Positions 1 to 7,679 of a stretch of 64,000 nucleotides of DNA are shown in pieces (the first letter of the stretch is position 1; each line of letters opens with the position of its first letter). The notes under the pieces were generated by a model. It saw nothing but the letters and a program-made list of their open reading frames with translations, was not told the origin of the DNA and made no database searches. This stretch comes from Candidatus Bruticola sp. (GTDB taxonomy: Bacteria; Vulcanimicrobiota; Xenobia; Xenobiales; Xenobiaceae): the NCBI GenBank assembly GCA_051874735.1, contig JBJEGD010000026.1, positions 162,247 to 226,246 on the forward strand, given 5' to 3'. The position numbers and the translations under genes are program-made.

Positions 1-17
1 ATAATTTTTTTGATAAG

Positions 18-767
18 CTAGAAGCCGATAATAAAAGCGTTATCGGCAGCACTGGGAGTATCGTCAATCAGAGGAGATTGCAACGACTCTAAAACTGTAT
101 CAATAGTGTGAACGGTAGTCAGCACCAAATCGGGAGCACTGACGACTGTTTTTGATTCTAAGTGAGAACTGATCATTTGTCCGAGTTCGTAAGCAAAGGC
201 TACTCTGGCTGACACTTCTATAGACTGACTGATGCCGTCTTTTATGTTTGCTTTAGTTGGACCAGCATGGCTTACAATGATAGCGACGTCGTAATCTTGT
301 TCAGTTTCCAAGCTGACTAAGGTGTGAACATACTCTAAGTCGATGGTGACCGTCTGACCTTTTTCTCCCAAAGGAATCTCTAAGGGCTTATGTTCAGTCC
401 AGGTGGAACCTTTTTTCTGTAACCCGGAGGGGAAGATTGGTTGGTTAATATTGGCATTTACTGTAGAGCGGGTAATATTTCCGTTCTTTTCTACGGTCAT
501 TCCGATGGTTTGACCAATGGTCGGTAAGGGGAGACGCTGCTTATTGCGCTCAATAAAACCGTCCGTAACGTGTACATCGAGATCAAAAGTATTTCCGGAA
601 ACTTTGACTATCTTTTGATCGGTAGTCATTTCCATAGCTACGTTAGAACTGCTTATTTCCTCATTGTTTTCTTCAGTTCTCTGCTTAGAGTGCATCACCG
701 TTCTGTAAGACAGAACTTCTCCGGTAGCGGCCTTATACTCTAAAAATACGCCTTCACTGTTGAGCAT
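18..767 (-). CDS. hypothetical protein (249 aa), family not recognised
   Basis: Complete ORF. GAGAGGAA RBS-like motif lies ~9 nt upstream of the ATG on the minus strand. It starts 62 nt downstream of the M48 peptidase gene on the same strand. No signal peptide, TM segment or nameable motif. Confidence 0.55.
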   Translation of the reverse strand: MLNSEGVFLEYKAATGEVLSYRTVMHSKQRTEENNEEISSSNVAMEMTTDQKIVKVSGNTFDLDVHVTDGFIERNKQRLPLPTIGQTIGMTVEKNGNITRSTVNANINQPIFPSGLQKKGSTWTEHKPLEIPLGEKGQTVTIDLEYVHTLVSLETEQDYDVAIIVSHAGPTKANIKDGISQSIEVSARVAFAYELGQMISSHLESKTVVSAPDLVLTTVHTIDTVLESLQSPLIDDTPSAADNAFIIGF

Positions 768-829
768 TTAAATAATTTCCTCTCGCCTGGCCTGTGCAGC
801 CCGTGCCGTAAATTTTTATTCAGTGTAGA

Positions 830-2563
830 TTAAAATCCTTTGCTGCAGTCTAAAATATTCCAGTTTAGTTTGCTATAACTATGGTTAAGCTCATCAATTG
901 AGCTCTTGTTTTTTAGGTATAGTAAAGCGCTGCGGTGCAAAGCTTTTGCGTAGTTTTTATCTTTATTTTCCTGAGCGCAGAGAGCTGCTTTTTGTAAGGG
1001 CTCTATCTCCTGGCATAATTTGTTTATCTCTCCTATTCTTTGACCAAAATTTGGATGAGTACTGAACCAAGCAATCGATATTTTGCTTTGTCCCGATTCT
1101 TTTTGGTAAATTGATAGTTTCTCTAAAGTAGTACAGAATTCTTGAGGGTTAAATCCTGCTGCAAAAGTGAGCATCACCGCATCGCGGTCAGCTTCATATT
1201 CCTGTTCACGGGAAAATCCTTTATTAATCAAATTGGCGGCCTGCTTAGAACCAAAATAACTCCAATAATTAGTGGCGGTATAGCGCATTACCGTGCCAAA
1301 AATATTTGATATGTTGCGCCGTGTTTTTGAAGCACTGCTGTGATTACGGATAATATGAGAAAATTCATGGGCTAAGACTGAAACTAATTCATCGTCGCTT
1401 TCTAAGAGCTTAAGTAAGCCTGAAGTTATAAATATCGGTCCGCCGTGTACGGAAAGCGCCTGAGCTTCAGGAGAATTTAACACGACAAAATCACACTTTT
1501 CAGGAGGAAAGCCGTTGCCTTCCAGAAGTTTACGTCCTGCTTTCTGTACTCTCGATATGGCTTCCTGATCTTGGCTTAAAGCGTAACGGTTCTGTACTTG
1601 GGCCGTTCCTTCTCGGGAAAGTTCTCTATCCTGTTTATTCATACTGAGGTAAGCGTCTGTTTTAGGGAAACAAACTGGACAAGGTTCATAGCCCTTTCTC
1701 TGGGCAATTTTTTCATCGCGAAAAGCGTAGGGACGGCTATTTAAAGAAAGATGGCCAGCTCCTGGTTGGTGGTACTGCTTGCTTTCCATGTTTACCACTA
1801 CGCCTTGAGACTCTCCCCATTCTTGGAGTAGAGCCTGGCTGCATAAATGCTGCCATCTTTGATCGTCTGATAGAGGAATGCGAATCTCATGTTCCTCAAT
1901 CAGTTCTAAGTCGAAGAGGCGGCCGATTAAATTCTTTTTATCATGGGATACAACCATGACTTTGCGAGGTAGAAGAACTTTTTGAGTATAGTCTGACTGC
2001 ATAAAAAGGGAGAGGTCTTTTATAATAACGGCTTTATCTTGAACACTCAAATTCAAGACCGCCTTTTCGTTAAAAAGATCTTCCGGAGTGCAGACTATCT
2101 GCTCTTTTTGTTCAATTGAATCTGGCAGGATTACGCTGCTGAGCAGTCCTTGATCGTTAAAAGATATTAAAGCTAACTCCGGTCTTATTTCGGTGTCTTC
2201 TTCAGGATCTATTTCAATAGTATCGTTGTTTTCTGACTCTGTTTGGACCTTTGTTTGACTAGTAGGTACGGCTGTTCCCAAAGGATTATAGGAATTAACT
2301 GGAGCAGAGGGCGCAGATTGGGGATAAGCAGAGCTAGAATAATCTTCAGTTGCTTTGTTGGTGGTGTGGGGGATTCTCTTTTGCGGCGAAACATCGCTTT
2401 CATCTATATCAAGATCGCCGGGAAGTTCAAAATTGGATGCAGTATTACTTTCAGCAGGCGGCGTAACCATATGGGGCTGCTGGGCCGGAGCGGGCAGAGA
2501 AAAATTTATATATAACAAAGCCACCGTCAGGCTGCTCAGCCAAAATTTATAATATCTGTTCAC
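830..2563 (-). CDS. M48-family zinc metallopeptidase with N-terminal signal/anchor and a long non-catalytic N-terminal half
   Basis: Hydrophobic N-terminus LSSLTVALLYINFSLPAPAQ. C-terminal HEFSHIIRNH (HExxH) is followed by EYEADRDAV, as in M48 peptidases. The ~350-aa N-terminal region has no recognisable motif. Confidence 0.8.
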   Translation of the reverse strand: MNRYYKFWLSSLTVALLYINFSLPAPAQQPHMVTPPAESNTASNFELPGDLDIDESDVSPQKRIPHTTNKATEDYSSSAYPQSAPSAPVNSYNPLGTAVPTSQTKVQTESENNDTIEIDPEEDTEIRPELALISFNDQGLLSSVILPDSIEQKEQIVCTPEDLFNEKAVLNLSVQDKAVIIKDLSLFMQSDYTQKVLLPRKVMVVSHDKKNLIGRLFDLELIEEHEIRIPLSDDQRWQHLCSQALLQEWGESQGVVVNMESKQYHQPGAGHLSLNSRPYAFRDEKIAQRKGYEPCPVCFPKTDAYLSMNKQDRELSREGTAQVQNRYALSQDQEAISRVQKAGRKLLEGNGFPPEKCDFVVLNSPEAQALSVHGGPIFITSGLLKLLESDDELVSVLAHEFSHIIRNHSSASKTRRNISNIFGTVMRYTATNYWSYFGSKQAANLINKGFSREQEYEADRDAVMLTFAAGFNPQEFCTTLEKLSIYQKESGQSKISIAWFSTHPNFGQRIGEINKLCQEIEPLQKAALCAQENKDKNYAKALHRSALLYLKNKSSIDELNHSYSKLNWNILDCSKGF

Positions 2564-2611
2564 TACTATTCCGTTTCCTTTTGCAGCTTTCTAAAGCCAG
2601 AGATAAGTTAT

Positions 2612-2642
2612 TTGACTCCGCCGCTAGATGGAATTTTACAAT
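2612..2642 (+). promoter_or_regulatory. candidate sigma70-type promoter for the sigma-like gene
   Basis: TTGACT (2612-2617) and TACAAT (2637-2642). The spacer is 19 nt, which is longer than optimal, so this is weak. Confidence 0.25.
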
Positions 2643-2853
2643 ATTTTTGGCAGCCCTTCCGGTTGGCTGAGGGCTGATATCTCGATTTGGGAAAATTTTT
2701 GGTACAACATTTTAATTATGCGTTTGGCTGATCTAAAAACTAGAATGATTAGCCTTGTTTTTTTTGTTTTACGCTGAGCAGCCAAAAATAAGGAACGGGA
2801 ATAATCAGTGTCGAAACAGTCAGGGAGTATTTCCTTTATTCAGGTATGACAGA

Positions 2854-4098
2854 ATGAGCGATATCGATCTTTTTTACCATGTGCCAAAAAATGGCAATGT
2901 CGCTATTAATGAAGATGGCTTATCTGCGTCGGATAATAACGCTAAACGACTCGATGAAGAAGCTAAAATTAGAACTATTGAACTGCTGAAGCGGGAAGAT
3001 GTAATAACTACTTCTGACATAATCAGCCGTTTTCAAAATCATGATAAAGAGGCTGCCGAAATTTTAGTGCGCACTTTTTATCCCTATGTTGAAAGTTTAT
3101 TAATTGCTTTAGAAAAAAATGAGTTTCAGAAGCGCACTTCTGAGCGAATTGGTGTGGCTCCGGCTCTCACCAGCATCGGCAGTCATCGTAGTGAATTTCT
3201 AAACGAATTCTTTATAGACTTTGTCAATAATGCGGACAAAATCGATTTAAGCAAGGGTGTACGCCTTTATCTTTACAAAACTTGTGCGGAAGCTTTTAGA
3301 GAACATACTCAAGAACAGTCTGCTGTTTCATCAGCTTCAGATTTTGTTCAAAATACAAGAAAAAGTGAGTCACTTTTCTTCGACGATGATATCGATTCAG
3401 ATGCTGCTGAAGAGAGTCGTCGACAGTTATACGAAAATAGTGATGGTGCTACGACAAGCGTATTTTTTGATGACAACGCTACTAGGTTGTCTATGAGAAA
3501 AAAAATCTCTGGTACGCCTGTATGGCGTTATACAAATTCAGATTTGCCGGAAATAAAACGGCAGGAGTCTACGGGAATATCCGGAGGCGGCAGGCTTTTA
3601 CGCACTGCTGCTGATAGAGACAAGAATGTTTATACCCAAAGTAAATACGCTTTGTCGAAGCAAGCTTCAGATAGCGAGGCCGATATACTGAAGTCTAAGT
3701 CTGGAACCGTCGGTGGAGCTCGTCTTTTGCGCTCTGACAGTAGCAAATTAAGTCTGGCTAGCAGAATTTATTTGAGAAACGGTGCCCATTTAGCTCCTCC
3801 GTTAAGTAATGCGGATGAATCTATTGAAACAAAAGAAAACGATCATTCTTCTACATCAGTTCAATCATCGAGCCAGAAAACGGCCATTTCATCTACTGAG
3901 TTATCTCATCGAGCTAATAGTATTGTCAGAGGTTTAAAAAAATTAGCGGTCTCTGACATTGAAGCCTATCGAGCAGTCACCATGCGTTACTTTGCTAATT
4001 GCTCTTTCGCTGAGCTCTGCCATAAACTTGAGGTCACTTCCGCCAGCGAATTAGGATTGCGTTTATTGCGCGGTTTGTTGAGCATAAATACGGATTAG
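2854..4098 (+). CDS. ECF-like sigma-70 family protein with a long low-complexity linker between regions 2 and 4
   Basis: The N-terminal part (DKEAAEILVRTFYPYVESLL ... VRLYLYKTCAEAFREH) resembles sigma70 region 2. The C-terminal part (SDIEAYRAVTMRYFANCSFAELCHKLEVTSASELGLRLLRGL) resembles the region 4 HTH. A zf-HC2 anti-sigma gene follows. The ORF is open from TTG 2755, and I prefer ATG 2854. Start is uncertain because there is no strong RBS. Confidence 0.5.
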   Translation: MSDIDLFYHVPKNGNVAINEDGLSASDNNAKRLDEEAKIRTIELLKREDVITTSDIISRFQNHDKEAAEILVRTFYPYVESLLIALEKNEFQKRTSERIGVAPALTSIGSHRSEFLNEFFIDFVNNADKIDLSKGVRLYLYKTCAEAFREHTQEQSAVSSASDFVQNTRKSESLFFDDDIDSDAAEESRRQLYENSDGATTSVFFDDNATRLSMRKKISGTPVWRYTNSDLPEIKRQESTGISGGGRLLRTAADRDKNVYTQSKYALSKQASDSEADILKSKSGTVGGARLLRSDSSKLSLASRIYLRNGAHLAPPLSNADESIETKENDHSSTSVQSSSQKTAISSTELSHRANSIVRGLKKLAVSDIEAYRAVTMRYFANCSFAELCHKLEVTSASELGLRLLRGLLSINTD

Positions 4099-4135
4099 CC
4101 TTAATTAAATAATTAAAGCTGGATGGTACAATATT

Positions 4136-5713
4136 GTGAAACCTAGAAATCTTGGTGCAGAAACCTGCAACAATGAACATATTAAGGCGATGCTGGTGCC
4201 TTATGCTGAGCGATCTTTAGCCAAATCTAATCGCGAAGAAGTTGATGCTCATTTAGTTAACTGCGCTATCTGCCGCGATGAAGTTAAGCGTTTGCGGGAT
4301 ATGATGCGTCCTTTGAGCGAACTGGCTAAGAGCGGCTTTAAACCTGTTTATGATGCTCACCCCGATCATGAGCGTCTGTTTAAATATGCTTTCCGGGACC
4401 CTTCTCTAAGTCACAGTGAATATCGAGATATAGATTTACATGTTTTTATGTGTGAGGACTGTCGCCGGGAAATTTCTATAATTGAACAAGTTAGCGCTGA
4501 TTTCGATAGTTTAGTTCCGGCGGACAGCTATCGTTGGATTATGCCTCCCGTATTGCGCAATCTGTTCGCTCCTCCCAGCCGAACTTCTGCTATTGTCGAA
4601 AATGCTTTAGAAAAGCGCATCCCGAATCAGGAGCGCCTAAGAGCTATAATGCAGAAAATCAATCTGCGTTTAGTTGGTATTTTAACTGCCATTGTACTGC
4701 TAATTTTTATCTGTTTGTCTTTTATAACTTGTGGTGATGAGGAAGGTGAGGCTAGTGCCCAAAACGTTCCTTCGCCTAGCAAAGCTCCTGCGGTGGCAGT
4801 TAATAAAGTTAAGGCTGAAAACTGGACAGCTTTGCCCTTAAATAATTCTGATCCCGTAGAGGCCTGTGAGCTCCTAAGTGCCAAAAATATCAAGTATCGC
4901 AGTGTGCGTGGCCGTCTTGAAGTTTTGGTCGACGATTTAAGCAGAGCACAGGCTGCTTTGCAGCCGCCTGCTGATTCTGTATCTGCTGATGAAGCTTTGG
5001 CTTCAGCTGATTATGCATCTGAAGTTGCCAATGAAGCTGAAAGTGTTGGGACTAGCCAGGAAGAAGAGTATGGTTCAGCTCCATCTTCTGATTATACTGC
5101 TGAGGAAAGCGGTCCCGTTACTACTGCCAACGATGTCGAGGCTGACAAGGACTTTGTCGAACCGGAAGCTGCGCCTGCAAGTGATTTTAACTCAGCGGTC
5201 GCCTCCCCTCCAGAACCGTCGGCGCCTAAGCGTCAAGTTGTGCCTGTTAAACAATTCTCTCAGCCTCGAGTCGCTGCTCCTCAGCAGCGCACAGCCGTTC
5301 GTCCCGTGTACAGTGCGCAGCCTAGAGTTAAGGCCAAAGTCGCTTCCAGGCCAGTACGCACTTATGACGCCGCTTCCTATCAGCCTGCTCCTGCGCAGGC
5401 TGCCGCACCAGTACAAACAGTTCAAAAAACTAATTTAGGGGCAGATCCTACTCCCATTTCTGCCTCGTATCGTCACAAAGCTACTTCGGCCGATTCTGCT
5501 CGTCGTTCTTTAGTCGCTCCAACTCCCCAGACTATCCATCCAGATATTGATGTTACAGTTTCTTCATTGCCCCGGCGTAGTCATAAAACGGAAGATACTA
5601 GCTCAGAAATTACAGTTTCTTCTGCTGATTCTTCGCAGGGAGGCGATGTAATAATTAGTGGCAATACTTATGACGAAACTGATAGTGTAACGAGCCGGGA
5701 AGAGATAGAATAA
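4136..5713 (+). CDS. anti-sigma factor, zf-HC2 type, single-pass membrane protein with Ala/Pro/Ser-rich extracytoplasmic tail
   Basis: N-terminal H-x3-C-x2-C motif (HLVNCAICRDEV) and a second pair FMCEDCRRE. One TM segment, LRLVGILTAIVLLIFICLSFITCG. GTG start lies 37 nt after the sigma-like gene stop. Confidence 0.65.
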   Translation: MKPRNLGAETCNNEHIKAMLVPYAERSLAKSNREEVDAHLVNCAICRDEVKRLRDMMRPLSELAKSGFKPVYDAHPDHERLFKYAFRDPSLSHSEYRDIDLHVFMCEDCRREISIIEQVSADFDSLVPADSYRWIMPPVLRNLFAPPSRTSAIVENALEKRIPNQERLRAIMQKINLRLVGILTAIVLLIFICLSFITCGDEEGEASAQNVPSPSKAPAVAVNKVKAENWTALPLNNSDPVEACELLSAKNIKYRSVRGRLEVLVDDLSRAQAALQPPADSVSADEALASADYASEVANEAESVGTSQEEEYGSAPSSDYTAEESGPVTTANDVEADKDFVEPEAAPASDFNSAVASPPEPSAPKRQVVPVKQFSQPRVAAPQQRTAVRPVYSAQPRVKAKVASRPVRTYDAASYQPAPAQAAAPVQTVQKTNLGADPTPISASYRHKATSADSARRSLVAPTPQTIHPDIDVTVSSLPRRSHKTEDTSSEITVSSADSSQGGDVIISGNTYDETDSVTSREEIE

Positions 5714-5724
5714 TAGTATACTGT

Positions 5725-6639
5725 ATGGGCGTTCCTATTTTAGAGGTGAACAATCTTACACGATGGGGGAGAAGTATCGCTTTAAAGACGCCGATCTCTT
5801 TGGTGTTAGAAGCTGGCGATATTGGTGTAGTGATCAGCCAAAATTTGAGTAGTTCATCTCATTTGCTGCGTACTGCTGTTGGTCTGTGCCCTTCATTTAA
5901 AGGTTGTATTCGTTTATGCTCCCAGCCCATTGCTTCTTCAGCAGCTAAACATATGTTCGGTTTTGTTTCTGCTGATCCTGAGTTATATGACGATCTTACT
6001 GTTTGGGAACAACTAGCCCTTTTTGCTGATATCTATAGGGTTGATACGCATTACCGTCCCTACGCTATTTATGAAGCTTTAGAAACTGTTAAGATCACCC
6101 CATACAAGGATACGCAAATTTCTTCTATACATGACAGAAGTTTGCTGAAGCGCATAAGCTTAGCTCGCGCTTTAGTACACAGTCCTCGCCTTATAGTGAT
6201 AGAAAATTTGTTTCAGGGCAGTGATTTTCGCAATTGGCAGTTAGCTGCCGATATACTCAACGAAATTAGAAATACGGGCAAAGCGATTCTGCTGTCTGCT
6301 GATAGTCTTCAATATTTGCATAACTTATACAGCCAGCTTTTTTTAGTAGGAGAAGACGAACTGTTGCTTCAAGGAAGTTATCCGCAAATATTTCAGGATC
6401 TGTATCTTTACAGATTAGTTCAGCTGCAATTATGGGATACTGGTATCGATTTAGCTTTAAATTATTTAAATGCTGCAGAATCAGTTTTTGATCTTCTGCA
6501 GCAAGAAAATGATCCGGGAGTAGTGCGTTTTTTCTTCAAAGGAAGCGAAACGGAATTAAAAAAGTTAATGCACAGTTTGGAACAGCAAGGAGCTGCTATA
6601 GTATCTTGTTCTGTGCTTAACAATTTTTTTGGACGTTGA
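5725..6639 (+). CDS. ABC-transporter ATPase-like protein with degenerate catalytic motifs (probable pseudo-ATPase)
   Basis: Overall NBD layout is present (ILEVNNLTRWG..., LTVWEQL, ISLARALVHSPRLIVIEN). The Walker A position reads ISQNLSSSS with no Lys. The signature reads HDRSLLKR, not LSGGQ. Walker B reads LIVIEN, not hhhhDE. The H-loop reads LLSADS. ATG lies 11 nt after the anti-sigma stop. Confidence 0.6.
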   Translation: MGVPILEVNNLTRWGRSIALKTPISLVLEAGDIGVVISQNLSSSSHLLRTAVGLCPSFKGCIRLCSQPIASSAAKHMFGFVSADPELYDDLTVWEQLALFADIYRVDTHYRPYAIYEALETVKITPYKDTQISSIHDRSLLKRISLARALVHSPRLIVIENLFQGSDFRNWQLAADILNEIRNTGKAILLSADSLQYLHNLYSQLFLVGEDELLLQGSYPQIFQDLYLYRLVQLQLWDTGIDLALNYLNAAESVFDLLQQENDPGVVRFFFKGSETELKKLMHSLEQQGAAIVSCSVLNNFFGR

Positions 6640-6733
6640 AAGCTCCAACTGCTGGGAGGAGAACAGGGGAAGCTGTAGAACCGATCACGAAAGTTCGTTA
6701 CAAAACTGAACTAATTATGGCGGGCTGTCCTTC

Positions 6734-6773
6734 ACGAAACGTATCGGGGTTGTGTTCGGCAGTTTCGTTTTTG
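6734..6773 (+). terminator. possible intrinsic terminator or attenuator hairpin
   Basis: ACGAAAC (6734-6740) pairs with GTTTCGT (6762-6768) and is followed by a T-run. It sits in the relatively GC-rich leader between 6639 and 6845. Confidence 0.35.
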
Positions 6774-6844
6774 GGATTGTAAAATTGGTCCCATCAATAT
6801 TGAGATGGCCCGTGAGGGCCGAGAAAGCGAGTGGAGTAGGCTAA

Positions 6845-7381
6845 ATGCGCAAATTTACAGCCACACTCTTCCTGCTGGCCACTTTGTCGCTGGGCTGCCT
6901 AGCGGTAGGTGCTGCGCCGGCTATGGCGGATGAGAGCATGAAGACCGTAAACGTAGTAACCGAGTTCGGTCCTTACACTTACAGCCTTTATGAGTATCCT
7001 TCTTATAACACTAGTTTCTTCTTCTATCAGGACAGCTATGTTGAGTTCGATGTAGTAAACGGCACTTCCTGGAGAATCGAATCTCCCAAGGACAAGATCC
7101 ACAAAGAGCAAGCTGCCCCCAGCGAGTCTTTGTTAGGTACTGGCCGTACATACAATTCTCTTGAGAATTTCGATGTATACTTCTATGCTCCGGACGGCAC
7201 TCTTTTAGCCTGCCGCAAGAATGCCAGACTTAGTGACAACTATAGCTTCCCTAGCGATCGTTCTCATGACAAAGTGCGTGTTCGCATAGAGTCTAGAGCT
7301 ACCCAGAACTTAGACGCCAAGTTCATTGTTTGGGAACCGGTCAATCCTGTTGTGGCTAAACCCCTCAGCACAAAGAAGTAG
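6845..7381 (+). CDS. small secreted protein (178 aa), family not recognised
   Basis: Sec signal peptide MRKFTATLFLLATLSLGCLAVGAAPAMA-DE. GGAG RBS ~8 nt upstream. Aromatic/Asn-rich mature part. Codon usage by eye differs from neighbours: TTC, TAC, AAC, GAC and AAG are preferred. Confidence 0.7.
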   Translation: MRKFTATLFLLATLSLGCLAVGAAPAMADESMKTVNVVTEFGPYTYSLYEYPSYNTSFFFYQDSYVEFDVVNGTSWRIESPKDKIHKEQAAPSESLLGTGRTYNSLENFDVYFYAPDGTLLACRKNARLSDNYSFPSDRSHDKVRVRIESRATQNLDAKFIVWEPVNPVVAKPLSTKK

Positions 7382-7467
7382 TGTCATTTAATTTGTAAGT
7401 TGCGTTCCTTGTTCTTTCCTTCTTTTTTTTGTAAGGGGAAAGCTGCCTGGGGGCGCATATTTTTTTC

Positions 7468-7506
7468 GGGCCGTTTCAGCTAATCTGAAGGCTCGTTTTT
7501 ATTTTT
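7468..7506 (+). terminator. rho-independent terminator after the 178-aa secreted protein gene
   Basis: GC stem (gggccgtttcag / ctgaaggctc) with a small bulge, followed by tcgtttttattttt. Confidence 0.45.
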
Positions 7507-7679
7507 ATATTAAAAATACCCATAATTCTAACGTTAATAAAATATAGACTGTTTATAATAAAAAGAGGTTGAGCGGATTTTTTATCTTACGTTGAAAATT
7601 AGCGTTCGATCTGCTCGCTGCAGAGGGGGGAATACCTCTAATTTGTTTTATTTTATATTGTGTCTATGGAGTCTGTATC

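Noticed and set aside
2209-2552. Three short ORFs (64-90 aa) nested in or antisense to the M48 peptidase gene
   Set aside because: They lie entirely inside a longer ORF that has clear catalytic motifs. They have no RBS and low-complexity translations. The same reasoning applies to similar nested ORFs throughout the track, such as 3257-3496, 4534-5438, 7748-7930, 10194-10418, 11466-11699 and 12342-12614.
6717-6782. 21-codon ORF (MAGCPSRNVSGLCSAVSFLGL) in the leader before the secreted-protein gene
   Set aside because: No RBS. It overlaps the terminator-like hairpin. It is more likely a chance ORF within a structured leader.
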